Shown in pieces: positions 22,701 to 34,367 of a stretch of DNA of 64,000 bases. Made by a program: the position numbers and the translations under genes. The notes below the pieces were generated by a model. The model saw nothing but the letters and a program-made list of their open reading frames with translations. It made no database searches and was not told the DNA's origin. The DNA is from Scenedesmus sp. PABB004 (taxonomy: Eukaryota), in NCBI GenBank assembly GCA_014905635.1, contig CM026548.1, forward strand, positions 372,001-436,000. The letters run 5' to 3'. Within the stretch, counting starts at the first letter, position 1. Every line of letters starts with the position of its first letter.

Positions 22701-23864
22701 GCCCTCGGCCCTCTCGGCCCGAGGGCAGGGTCCCGCGCGCCGCGCCGGCGGCGCCGGCGAACGTCGCGTCACAGCCGTGCATGCCGCGCGCGCGCGCAGG
22801 GTTCAAGGGCAAGGGCCTGCCGCTATACACCATCAGCCTCGCCCGGCCCTCCAGCCTCGGCGCGGGGCTCTTCCCCGGCCCGCCGGGCCTCGCGGCGCCG
22901 CGCGTCGGCGCCGAGGCCGCGGCCAAGGCGGCCAAGGAGGCGGCGGAGGCGGCCGACCGCGCGGCGGCCGAGGCGGCCGAGGCGGGCGGTGCGGGCGCTG
23001 CTGACGGCGCCGACGCGGCCGCGCCCGCAGACGACGCCGCCGCGCCGGTGCCGGCGCCGGCGCCGGTGCCGAGCGCGACCGGGCACCGCATCCGGCGGCC
23101 GGGCGAGACGTGGCGGCCGACCGACGACGGCGAGAGCGACGCGGGGGACATGATGGTGCCGGTCCTCGGCATCGGGCCGGCCTTCCAGCACGCGGGCCAG
23201 GGCGGCCGCGGCGCGAGCGCCTGGTGCGCGCCGCCGCGCAGAGCGCGCCCCGCGGCGCGCGCGCGCGTGCGGTTGCGCAGCGCCCGACGCCCGCGCGCCG
23301 CGCCCGCCGCCGCAGGCGCCCCGGCGCCGTCGACACCGACGCGCACGACGGCCCTGGCGAGGCGGGCGAGTTGCACAGCGGCGGCGGCGTCGTGCTGTGG
23401 CAGCAGGGTGCGGCGCGCGTGGCGCGGCACGCCCCAGCTCGGCTCCGCACCGCGCTGACGCCCGCGCCGCCCTGACCCGCCCCGGCCCCCCTCGCGCCGC
23501 CGCCGCCGCGCGCAGCCGGCGGGCGGCTCGTGATGGGTGCGCTGCCTGCGCCGGGCGTTCAGTACGCGGCGGGTGAGGACAGCGACGATCCGGACGCGGC
23601 CGAGACCTCGGGCGCGCGCGCGCCGGACATGGGCCAGGTGTGGCAAGCGCGGCAGGCGCGGGACGCCGGCCCGCGCGCGGGGCGCGGCGCGCTCACGCGC
23701 GGCGGCGGCGGCCGCCGCCGCACCCGCCGCGCAGGCCGCGGGCGAGCACAGCCTGCAGCTGCAGCCCGGCGAGCGCGTGGTGTCGGTGAGCTGGCAGGCC
23801 ACCACGCCGAGCGCGCCGCTCGAGCCGCACCAGTGCGCGGCGGCCATCCTCACCACGCAGGTGT

Positions 23865-23907
<43 letters not shown>

Positions 23908-25644
23908 TGGCGCGCGCGCCCCCCGCCGTCTGCGCCCCGCCTGAACCCCGCGGCCGCTCTCTCGCCGCCGCCGCCCCCCGCAGCGCCTGCTGCTGGTGTC
24001 GGGCGACCTCACGCTCCTCGCCGGCATCGACGCGTCCTGCGGCAGCCTCGGCCTGTCCAGCGCCATCACCAGCGTGCTCTGGGTCGGCCCCGCGCTGCTC
24101 TACATGACCGCCGGCGGCCAGGCGCGCGGGGGCGCGCTGCGCGCGCGGGCGCGGCGCACCGCGCGGCGGGCCGCCGCAAGCGCGCGGTGGCGCGGCGCAG
24201 ACCGTGTGGAGCTCGGCAGACCGCGCCGCCGCCGCCGCCGCCGCCGCGCAGGTGATGCAGCTCACATGGACGGGGCAGACGCAGCACATGGCCAGCGTCG
24301 CCGCGTCGCCGCCGCCGCTGCTCGCGGGCGCGCTCGCGGACAGCCTGCTGCTGCTGCGTCGCAACCCCGTGACCGGGGAGCAGGAGGTGCGCACCCCGCA
24401 GCGGGCGGGCGCGGGCGCGTCACGCGGCCCGCGGCGGCGCCGACACAGCGTGTGCGCCGGCCGCACCCCGCAGGTCACGAGCCGCGCCGTGGGCGTGCTG
24501 CAGCCGCTCGTGCTGGGCTGGACGAGCCTCGCGAGCTGCGGGCTGCTGCCGCGCGGGCTCAACACCGCACGCGCGGCGCTGCAGGCGCGCGCGCGCGCGC
24601 ACGGGCGCCCCGGCCGCCGCGCGCTGCCGGGCGCGCCGCGCCGCGCCGCCGCCCCGCGCTGAGCGCGCCGCCCGCCGGGCGCTGCCGCGCCGGCGCAGGC
24701 GCTGCTGGAGGCGTTTGATGCGACGCACGTGACCTCGGGCATGCTGTGGGCGCTCATCGCGGGCTGGTGCGGCGACGTCGCGGCCGCGCTCGCCGCGCAC
24801 GCGGCCGACGTCGAGCCGTCGGTGCTCCTCGCCGCCAACGCGTCCGCGGGGCGCTGGCCCGCGGTGGTAAGCGGCGCCGCGGCGCGCGCGGCGCGCGCGC
24901 GCCCCGCCCTTGCGCACGGACGGCTCACCACGCCGCCGCCGCTCACGGGGTTGCGTGCCGCCGACCGTGCCGCGCGGCTGCAGGTGTCAGCGCTCGTGGG
25001 CGAGCACGAGCGCGCGGTGCACTACCCCCGCCCCGCGCCGCCGGGCGGGCAGCTGCACCACAAGCTGCTCGCCGCCGCGGCGGGGGCGATCATGCACGGC
25101 CAGTTCACCGAGGCCGCGCAGTGCCTCGAGGCCGCGGGCGAGTGGGAGAGCGCGATGGCGCTCGCCGTGTGCGCCGGCGACTTTGCCGCGCTGCGCGGCC
25201 TCGCCGCTGGGCTGCAGGTGCGCGCGAGCGCAGGGCGCGGCGGCGCGGTGGCAGCGTGGGGCCCGCGGGTGCGTGCGTGTGCGCGCGTGCGCGTGCGAAC
25301 GCCGAGCGCCGCGCCCCGCCCCGTCTCGCCGCGCCCAGGCCGGCACCGCCATGCCCGCCGGCGGCGAGGCCGAGGCCGGGGACATCGCCCGCCTCGCGCG
25401 CGGCCTCGTCGCCGCGTACGAGCGCGGCGGCCGCGCGCTGCCGCTCGGCGGCGCCGGCGCGCGCGACTGGAAGCTCCGCCCCGCGATGGCGGACGCCAGC
25501 TTCTTCTCAAACGCCGCCGACTGGAGCTTTGGCGGCCCGGGTGCGCCGACGCGCCGCGCGCGCGCGCACGCGCGGGCCTGGCTGCGCTGCGGCAGCACTG
25601 CCGCGCGAGGGGCGCGCGCCGAGCCGAGCCGAGCCGAGCCCGCC

Positions 25645-25675
<31 letters not shown>

Positions 25676-28552
25676 CACGCCAGGCAAGCTGCCGGCGATG
25701 GAGACGAGCGCCTTCAACGCGCCAGTGGCCTTCATCCAGGCGCGCGCACCGCCGCCCGGGCCGCCGGCAGGCCGCCGCCCGCCCCCTGCTGCGCTCGCCG
25801 CGCCCGCCTGTGCCTTCAACCCTAAACCCTAAGCCCCCGCCGCACCGCCCCGCGGCGGCCGCGCGCAGGAGGGCGAGGTCGGCCCCGTGCGCCGCGCCGA
25901 CGCGACCACGCTGGGCGCCTACCTGGGCAACGCCGACCTGGCGGCCACGGACGAGGCCGCGGCCGAGGTCCCTGGTGAGCGAGAGCCTACCAGCGGGCGC
26001 GGCGCTCGGGGGCGCGCCAGCGCGCGAGCCGCGCGCGCGTGCTGACTCGGCGGCCCCGCGGCCGCGGCCGCCGGCGCCGTGCGCAGCCGGGCGGCGCAGC
26101 ACGTCGCCGGAGACGGACTTTCTGGCAAACCTGGACCAGCTGGTGGCGATGTCGGCGCAGCGCGGCGGTGAGGGCTCGCGCGACGCGGCGCGGCGCGAGG
26201 GCCGCCGGCACGAGCTGCGGCCGCCCCGCCCACCGCCCCTCTGGGCCGCCCGCCGCGCAGGCGAGCCAGGGCGCGGCATGTCGCGCGCCAGCAGCGCCAG
26301 CAGCGACGGCGGCATGGCGGCGGCCGCCGCCGCCGCGGCCGCGGCCGGAGGCGCGCCGAGCAGCACGGGCGGCCAGGTGCGCGCGCCGCGCGTGCGCGTG
26401 CGCCGCCGCGCGCGCCGTGCCGCCGACGCACCGCGCTGTGCTGTGTGCCGCGTGCTGTGTGCTGTGCCGCCGCCGCCAGGCGCGCGACCTGTTTGCGTTC
26501 AGCGACGACGAGGACGACGACGGCGACGGCGCCGCCGGCTACAAGCTGCGCATTCACATCAAGGCCCCCGACGCGGCGCACCCCGCCGCCGCGGGCGCGA
26601 CGGGTGCGCGGCGCCCGCGCGCGCTGCCGGGCGCCGGCCGCGCCGCGCGCCCGCCGCCGGGCGCGCCGCCGGCCCGCGCGCCGCGCCGCGCCGACGCGGC
26701 GCCGCCGCCGCGGCCGCCGCCGCGGCCGCCGCAGGCGCGTCGACGCCCGACCTGCGCAGCGCGGCTCAGAAGCTCAAGCTCGGCCCGCCCGGCGCGGCGC
26801 CGAGCTTCAGGGAGGCGTTTGCGACAAAGGGCAAGGACGGCCGGCGGCCGGCCGAGAGCCCCGCGCGGTGGGTTGCCCCGCGCGGCCGCAAGCCGGCCGG
26901 CTGGGCCGGGCGCGGCAGCGGCAGCCGACCCGGCGCCGCGCTCGGCCGCGCGCCCACGCCCTCTCACTGCCGCCGGCGCTGCCGCCACAGGACGTCCGTG
27001 TCGTCGTCGCTCGACGACGGCGGCCCGGCGCCCAGCGGCGGCAGCACGGCCGCCGACTCGCTGTATGATCTCTCGTTCCTCACCGCCCCCGCGCCCAGCA
27101 GCGGCGGCGCGGGCGCCAGCAGCAGCGCCGGCGGCGCGACGGGCGGCGGCGCCGGCGCGGCGCCGGCCACCCTCGGGCTGCCGCCCAAGGCGCCCGCCGC
27201 GGCGGGCGGCGCGGGCGGCAGCTTCGGCAGCCTCTCGGCGCTCACGGGGCTGCCCAGCAGCACACCGGGGCTGGGCGGGCCGGCGATGCGGCCCAAGCCC
27301 TCGCCGGCGCAGCAGGCAGCGCTGCAGATCAGTGACGACGATTTCTTCAGTGCGCTGGCGCCCGCCATCCCCGAGGCGGCCAAGGGCAAGCTGCTCTCGC
27401 CGCCGCCGCCGCCGCCGCAGCAGCAGCAGCAGCAGCAGCCGCAGCAGGCGCTGCCGCCGCCGCTGCCGCCGGCGCCGACGGGCGGCGCCAGGCCCGGCGC
27501 GCTGCCGCCGCCGCCGGGCCCGCCGGCGGCGGGGCCCACCGGCGGCGGCGACCCCACGCAGCTTTACCTTAAGGGTGGGTGGGCCTCCCTCCGCGCGCCG
27601 CGGCGCGGGCCCCGCGCCCCGCGCCGCCGCCGCCGCGCCGGCCGACCCCGCGCCGCGCCGACCCCGCGCCGGCCGCCCCCGCGCACGCGCAGGCGTCAGC
27701 GAGATGGAGGGCGCGGCGTGGGACGCCGCGGTGGAGACGTTTTCGGCCACGCTGCTCGCGCTCGAGGGCGAGGCGAGCGGGCAGAGCCGCGCGCAGCGCA
27801 CCGCGTTTGCCGCGTCGTACCTCGCGGCGGTGATGCTGCTGCGCGCGGCGGGCGCGGGCGCGGGGCCGCGCGAGGCGCGGCTCTACCGGTGCGGCGCCCC
27901 GCGGCGGACGCTCGCGCTGCCGCGGCGGGCGGGCTGCCGCGGGCGGGCTGCGCGCACGGCGGCGGGCGTGCGCGGGCCGCGCCGGCGTGATCACGCGCGC
28001 CGGCGCCCCGCCCCGCGCTCGCGCCGCGTGGCGGCAGGTACGCGTGCGCGCTGCGCCTGGACGACCGGCACACGCTGGCGCTGGTGAAGGAGGCGGTCGT
28101 GCGCAACAAGCACGCGGGCAACTACAGGCGGGGCGCGGCGCGGGCGGGGGGTTGGCGCGCCGGGCCGCGCCGGGCTGCGTGTGGCGCCCGCGCCCGCGCC
28201 GCTCTGGCGGCCCACTCCCCGCCGCGCCCGCGCCCGCGCGCGCGCGCGCCCGCGCCGCTCTGGCGGCCCACGCCGCGCCCGCGCCCGTGCGCGCGCCCTC
28301 GCCCGCGCGCCGCGCGCCAGGTATGCGGCGGACCAGCTGACGTGGCTCGTCACGCGCAGCCTCGGCGCGGCGCCGATGGCGGCGCTCGCGCGGCTTCAGG
28401 AGGATATCGAGGAGTGCGACCGCCGCGGCGGGTCCAACGCGGCGCTGCCGGCCGACGAGCGCGTCGACGACTGGGCCGGCCTGGTGGGCGGCTGCGCGAC
28501 CCGGGCCGAGGTGGAGGCGGTCGTCGGCCCGCTGCTTGCGGCGAGGGACTGA
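19747..28552 (+). CDS. TWD40-1: TSET/TPLATE complex scaffold subunit TWD40-1 (TTRAY1)-like: WD40 propellers, solenoid and alpha-COP-like C-terminus
   Basis: N-terminal LHPRCIAFHPTRPLLAV, RVDIRAPAVALMFS, RPVVFF, VGLAAHP..LLVAYDDGSLRCY and C-terminal EAVVRNKHAGNYRYAADQL..ECDRRGGSN match my recollection of plant TWD40-1. More than 20 introns, many GC-AG. One apparent frameshift near 21440. Confidence 0.8.
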
Positions 28553-28820
28553 CTCGGCTGTGCTCAGCCGTGGCCTCGCGTGTGACGGCGCCTCCCCGAA
28601 CGCCGCCGCCGCCGCCGCCGCCACAGCACTTACACACAGCTGCAGCTGCCCGCTGCTGCGGCGGTCAATGGGCGCGCGTGCGCCCCATTTCATTGTTGTT
28701 CCGCGCGGCCCGATGAGTGCAGCCCGATGTCGATGCGCCCCGCGTCCGGTGTCCCGCAGCCCCGCCGCCCCCGCCGCCCCAGCCCCAGCCCCGCGGCCGC
28801 CGCGGCCGCCGCGCGTGGCG

Positions 28821-30332
28821 TCACTCCGCCTCCTGCGTGCGCATGACCGCCGCGAGCGTGGGCCCCGGGTCCCGCCACTCCCAATAGTTGGTCAGCTCGC
28901 CGTTGGGCCGCGGCTCGCGCGTGCTGAACGCCGCCGCCGGCAGGCAGGGCAGCTGCGCGCTGACCTTGTGGCAGGTGTACTGCGCGGCGACGCGACGGCG
29001 CGGCACGGCGGCGAGGGCCCGCGTGGGCTCGCGCCGCCTGGCTGGCCCGGCCGGCGGCGCCCGTGAGCGCGGCTACCGAGCTGCGCGGCGCGGCGCGGCG
29101 GTGCGCGCGCCTGCGTGAGCAGGCCCGGGTAGGAGGTCGACTCCTGCATCTCCACCAGCTGGTGGTAGCTGCCCTCGTCGATGACCAGCTGGCGGCGGCG
29201 CAGCAGCGGCGGCGGGCGGGCCGTCGCGGCAGGCCCCAGAGCGGCGCGCAGCAGCACCGCGCCCGCGGCGCCCGGCGCGCCCGCTGCGGCGCGGCCGCTG
29301 CGCCCACCTGCGCGCGCCAGTTGTGCGGCAGCGCCGTCGCGAGCTCCTCGCCGACCGCGCGCACCGCGGCGGCCTGCCAGCCCTCGTGGCCGATCATCTT
29401 CTCCGACAGCGGCAGCCCCCGCTGCCGCAGCCTGCCGTCCGGCAGGCGCTGCCCAGCCTCGATCAGCACCTGCACGCGGCGCGGCGCGGCGCCGGCGGCG
29501 CGGCGCGCTCGGGGCGCGCTCGGGGCGCCGGGGCGGCGCCCACCGCCGCTGGGCCCTCTACTCCTGGGCATGGGTCGGTGGTCTGTCTGCCCCCTCTCGC
29601 CCCGCACCTGGCCCTGCCCGTTCTGGATGTACAGGTTCAGGACCGACACCAGCCGCAGCGCGCGCCCGCGCCCGCCGTTGCTGGCGTGCACGGTCAGCAC
29701 GCTCTCCGCGTTGGCCACCTGCGCGCGCGCGGAGAGAGAAAGAGAGACAGAGAATGTGTGGGTGGCGCCGTGGCGGCGGCCGCGGCGCCCCCGCGCTGCG
29801 CCCCGCCGGCGCGCCGCACCTCGTCGAACAGCTCCTGCGTCGTCCGCGCGCTGCCCTGGCCGTAGCGCGCGACCTGCACGCCGTGCCGCTCCTGCGCGGA
29901 GAGAGAGAGAGCGCGTGCACGGGGTCGCGGTCGGCAGCGTGCGCGGCTGCGGCGGCGAGCGCGTGCGCCCCCCGCGGGCGCTCGCGCAGCGGCGCCCCGC
30001 CGTGACGCCGCCCACCAGCCAGTGCTCTAGCTCGGCAGCGCTGCCGCCCGAGAAGGTGCCGCCGCCGCGGCCGTTGCCGCCGCCGGACGGCGGCGGCGCG
30101 GCGCGCCCGTTGCCGCCGCCGGCCGCGCCGGCCGCGCGCGCCGCCATGCCCCGGGCGCCATGCCCTACCAGCCGCCCTGCGGCTGCTGCGGGGGGCGGGG
30201 TGGGCGAGGACGCGAGCGGGGGCGCGAGTGCGCGGCGGCGCGCGCCGGCGGCGGCGCAGCAGCGGCGGCACCTGCATGGCGGCCCCAGGCCGGCCTGCTG
30301 CTCGCGAGGGCGCGGCTGCGATGGAGCAGCAT
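28821..30332 (-). CDS. Nudix-like hypothetical protein with putative transit peptide
   Basis: Exons give LEHWL|ERHGVQVARYGQGSARTTQELFDE|VANAES..VLIEAGQRLPDGRLRQRGLPLSEKM..AAVRAVGEEL..ESTSYPGL..YWEWR. Minus-strand TGTAA at 28630-28634. Confidence 0.75.
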
Positions 30333-30876
30333 GCCCTCGCGACTACCGGCGGAGCAGCATGCTGCAGCGCCGGCGGGCGAGGGTAGGCGCTGGCGGTGGC
30401 AGCGGGGGGCCCCGCGGTGACTGTGTTCAGTACCGGTGCTAAGGCGCTGCGTGCGGGTCGAGCGCGTGCGGAGTGTGCTGGGCCCGCTCGCAGACCGAGT
30501 GCCGCGCGCCGGGGAGAGGAGCAGTCGAGGGCGCAGCTCAAGCACTCGAGCGCGCGTGCTGCCGCGCCCCCACACCCCTCGGCCGGCCCAATCCCCGCGT
30601 CCCGGGCACGAGCGGCGCGCCCCACGCCTCCGCCCTCGCCGCTGCCCGGCGCCGCCACTGCGCGCGCGCCGCACCAGGCAGCGGGCGCTCCGCCGGGCCC
30701 GCGGGCCGCGGGGAAACCCGGTGCTGCTCCCAGGGTCGCGGCGCGACCAGCGGCCCAGCGCGGCGCACGGCGATCGCGCCGCGCGGCCGCACCAGGCAAC
30801 GTGCGGCGCCGCTGCCGCTTGTGGCCGACCCTGCCCGCGCGCGCGCCCGCGCCGGCGCGGCGCAGCCGCCGCCGCC

Positions 30877-31812
30877 ATGCCGAGCCTTCAGTCGGAGGTG
30901 TGACGCGCGGGATCGCGCCGCAGCCGCGCCGCGCGCCGCGCCAGGCATGCGCGCCGCAGCAGCCCGCCGGCGGCGGCGGACGTGGGCGCGCGGGCGTGTG
31001 GGCGTCACGCCGCGTGGCGCCCCGGCCCCTTCTCGCCCACGCCTGGCAGATCGCGATCATGATATCAATCCTCGTGGGCGCCTGGGCGATCAAAGTCGTG
31101 GTCGTGGCGGCGTACATGTTTTGGCAGAAGCGGTGCGCCGCACCCCGCCGCGCCAGCCGGCGCGCGCGCGGGCCTGGCGCGGCGCCCGGCGCTGCCCGGC
31201 GCCGACCGCCGCCGCCGAGCGCCGGACGCCGACCGACGCCGCCGCCGCCGCCGCGGCCGCGGCCGGCGGGCTGCCGCAGGCGCCTCGAGCGGCTGCAGGC
31301 GGCGACGACGGCGCTGGCCCCGCCGCCGTTGCTGCCGTTTGCGGCGAAGCCCACGCCCGCCGCGGTGATCGCGGCGCTGCCAGTGCTGCCGTACGCCGAG
31401 GCGGCCAAGCAGCTTGCCGCGACGGCGGCGGCGGCGGCGGCCCAGACGGCCAGCCCACGTGGTGGCGGCGCGCCGAGCGCCGCCGTCGCGGCGGCGCAGC
31501 CGGCGGCGCCTGGCGCGGGCACGGGCGCGGGCGCAGGCGCGCCGCCGCCTGCGGAGCGCGGGGCAGCGGCGGCGGCGGCTCCGCCGCGCGGCGACGCCTG
31601 CGGCAGCTGCGCGGCGTCTGTGGCGGGGTCGTCGGTGTGCTCTGAGGGCGCGTGCTGCCCCATCTGCTTCACCGAGTATGAAGCCGCCACGCCCGTGAAG
31701 CAGCTGCCCGCCTGCTCCCACTTCTTCCACCCCGACTGCATCGAGCCGTGGCTGCGCCGCGACACGACCTGCCCGCTGTGCAAGGCGCTGGTTCACCGGT
31801 GGCCCAGCGACG

Positions 31813-31844
<32 letters not shown>

Positions 31845-31967
31845 CGCGCCTCGCACGACGCGCGCGCGCTGGAGCTGGTCGACGCGCTGCGCTCGCAGCA
31901 GCGCATCGCGATCCGGGTCGGGCCGCAGCTGCTGCAGGTCGTGGTGCTCGGGCCGCCGCGCTTCTAG
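30877..31967 (+). CDS. ATL-type membrane-anchored RING-H2 E3 ubiquitin ligase
   Basis: N-terminal hydrophobic segment IAIMISILVGAWAIKVVVVAAYMFW and RING-H2 CPICFTEY..LPACSHFFHPDCIEPWL..CPLCK. Two introns. Confidence 0.9.
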
Positions 31968-32471
31968 CGGTGCTGTGTGTTTTATTGCCGCGCTGGCCGC
32001 CGCGCGCGTGGTGTGCGGCAGCGTGCGTTGTACAGTGACTGCCTGCATCTCTGCTCAGCGAGCACTGACCACCCATTGACTCTTGTTGTACAGTGACGCG
32101 ACCAGCGTCCGCTTGGCGCAACGCGGGGGTCGAGCCGTCGTGCTGCGGCCGCGTTGACCGCCGCTGCTGCACCTGCTGAGCGACTGGGACTAGATTCGAG
32201 CTGGGGGGGAGGGCCCGCGGCACTGCCGCGCGCGCCGCGCGGCAGTCCGTCGCTGTCAGGCAGCGGAGCGCACGACGCTCGCGGCGGCGCCGCAACATTC
32301 TCGCGGGCAGCGCTTGGCCACGTCGCAGCCTCAGACCCGCCTCCGCTCCGCGCATCACACGACGCCCGCACGAACAGGCGCCCCCACGCGCAACAGCAGA
32401 CGCCGGCGCTCGCACGCGTGCTCGCGATCAGGTGCTCGCGTGGTCACCGGCATCTGCCTGACACAGTGCCG

Positions 32472-33482
32472 ATGGCGGAGGAGGAGCAGCAGTTCGAGGA
32501 GGCGTATGAGGAGGGCGACGGCATGGACACCGGCGATGCGGGCGCAGAGGGCGAGGACAACACAGACGTGAGGCGGGGGGCAGCCCCGGGCACGAGACCG
32601 GGGGCATCCGGCCGGCGCTGCGGCAGCCGCAGCCGCAGCCGCAGCCGCAGCCGCCGGACGCGCGGCAGCGCCGCCGCCGCCGCCGCCGCTGCTGCTGCTG
32701 CTCGCGCCGCGCGGCCCCGGCGCACGGCTGCAGCCGCCTCAGCCGTGCCTGGCGCGCCCCGCGCAGGAGCTGGAGGCGATGAAGCAAAAGCTCAAAGAGC
32801 TGGAGGAGGAGGCGGCCAAGCTGCGCAGCACGCAGGTGCGCGGCCGGGTCGCAACTCGGCGCCGGCTGCAGCGGCGGCCGCGGCGGCCGCGGCGGCAGAG
32901 AGCGCGGCGGCGGCGGCGGCGGCGGCAGCGAGCGCGCAGCCCAGCGGCGCGCCCGCCCCGCGCCCGCCCGCCGCAGGCCGGCGGCGCCGAGGCGGAGGCG
33001 GAGGAGGAGGCCGCGCCCGAGGCGGGCAGCAAGGAGGAGGCCGACTCGCGCAGCGTGTTCGTAAACAACGTGGACTGGGGCGCGACGCCGGAGGAGCTGC
33101 AGCAGCACTTTGCGAGCTGCGGCACCGTCAACCGCGTGACGATCCTCACCGACAAGTTCGGCAACCCCAAGGCGCGCCGCCGGCGCGGGCCAGCCCGCCC
33201 CCGACCCGCGCGCGCCGCCGCCGCCGCGCGCGGCGCCCTCACGGCGGGTTGCCGCCGCGCCGCGGCTGCCGCGCTTCAGGGCTTTGCGTACGTGGAGTTC
33301 CTGGAGGCGGACGCGGTGGACAATGCGATCATGCAGGACAACAGCGAGCTGCGGGGCCGCCAGATCAGGGCGAGCGCCGCGGCGCTCGGGGCTGGGCTGG
33401 GCGCCGCGGGGCTGTGACGGGCGGGGCGCTGGGCGCTGGGCGCTGGGCGCTGGGCGTGCACGCGGCGCGCCGACGTCGCCGC

Positions 33483-33540
<58 letters not shown>

Positions 33541-34027
33541 GCGCAGGTGGCGCGCAAGCGCACCAACGTGCCGGGCCTGAAGCGCGGGCGCGGGCGCGGG
33601 CGGGGCCGCGGCTTCTACGGCGCGCCGCGCGGGCGCGGCGGGTACGGCTATGGCGGATACGGCGGCTATGGCGGATACGGGTAGGCGCACAGCCCTGCTG
33701 TGCCCAGCGCCAGCGCCAGCGGCAGCGCCGGCAGCAGCGCCAGCGCCAGCGGCGGCAGCAGCGGCAGCGCCAGCGGCGGCAGCGGCGCCAGCAGCGGCAG
33801 CGCCAGCGGCGGCAGCGGCGCCAGCAGCGGCAGCGGCGGCAGCGGCAGCGGCAGCAGCAGCGGCAGCAGCAGCAGCAGCGGCGGCCGTGGCGGCGGCTGG
33901 CAGCGCGCCGCTGATCGGGGCCTGCAGACGCACCGCGGGCTCGCGCGCCCACCCGCCGCCTCCCGCCGCCGCACGCAGGTATGCGCCGCGCGGGCGCGGG
34001 CGCGGTCGCGGCTACGCGCCGTACTGA
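32472..34027 (+). CDS. PABN: Nuclear poly(A)-binding protein (PABPN1/PABN/Pab2)
   Basis: [20 protein letters not shown] coiled coil; RRM with [30 protein letters not shown]-rich tail ending YAPY. Five introns, two with GC donors. Confidence 0.95.
33704..33885. repeat. Degenerate GGCAGC/GCCAGC microsatellite in the last PABN intron
   Basis: Imperfect 3/6-bp periodic array visible directly. Confidence 0.8.
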
Positions 34028-34367
34028 GCCGGCAGCGGCGGCGCTGCTGGGACAGGCAGCGGCGCGGCGGGCGGCGGCGCGGCGGCAGCGGCGGGGCTGG
34101 CGAACCCGGGACCCGGCGTGTGAAGCGCGGCGCCCCGCGATCGGCCGGCCGCCGCTCCTGTGCCCGCCCCGCGCCCTCCCCCGCCCGCACGTTCCCTGAC
34201 GAGCCGACGCCGGGACGAACGCAGCGCGGGGCAGTCCCGAAAGCAGCAGCCGCGCGCGCCTGCCAGCACCCGCTCGCAGCGCGCTCGCGGCGCGCCCGCG
34301 TCGGTCTTCCGTCATGCGCCGCGACGCTATGAAGGCCCTGGCATGAGCCGGGTGCCCCACGGCGGCC

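Noticed and set aside
25818..25832. AACCCTAAACCCTAA telomere-like motif
   Set aside because: Only two units inside an intron; too short to call an interstitial telomere or regulatory site.
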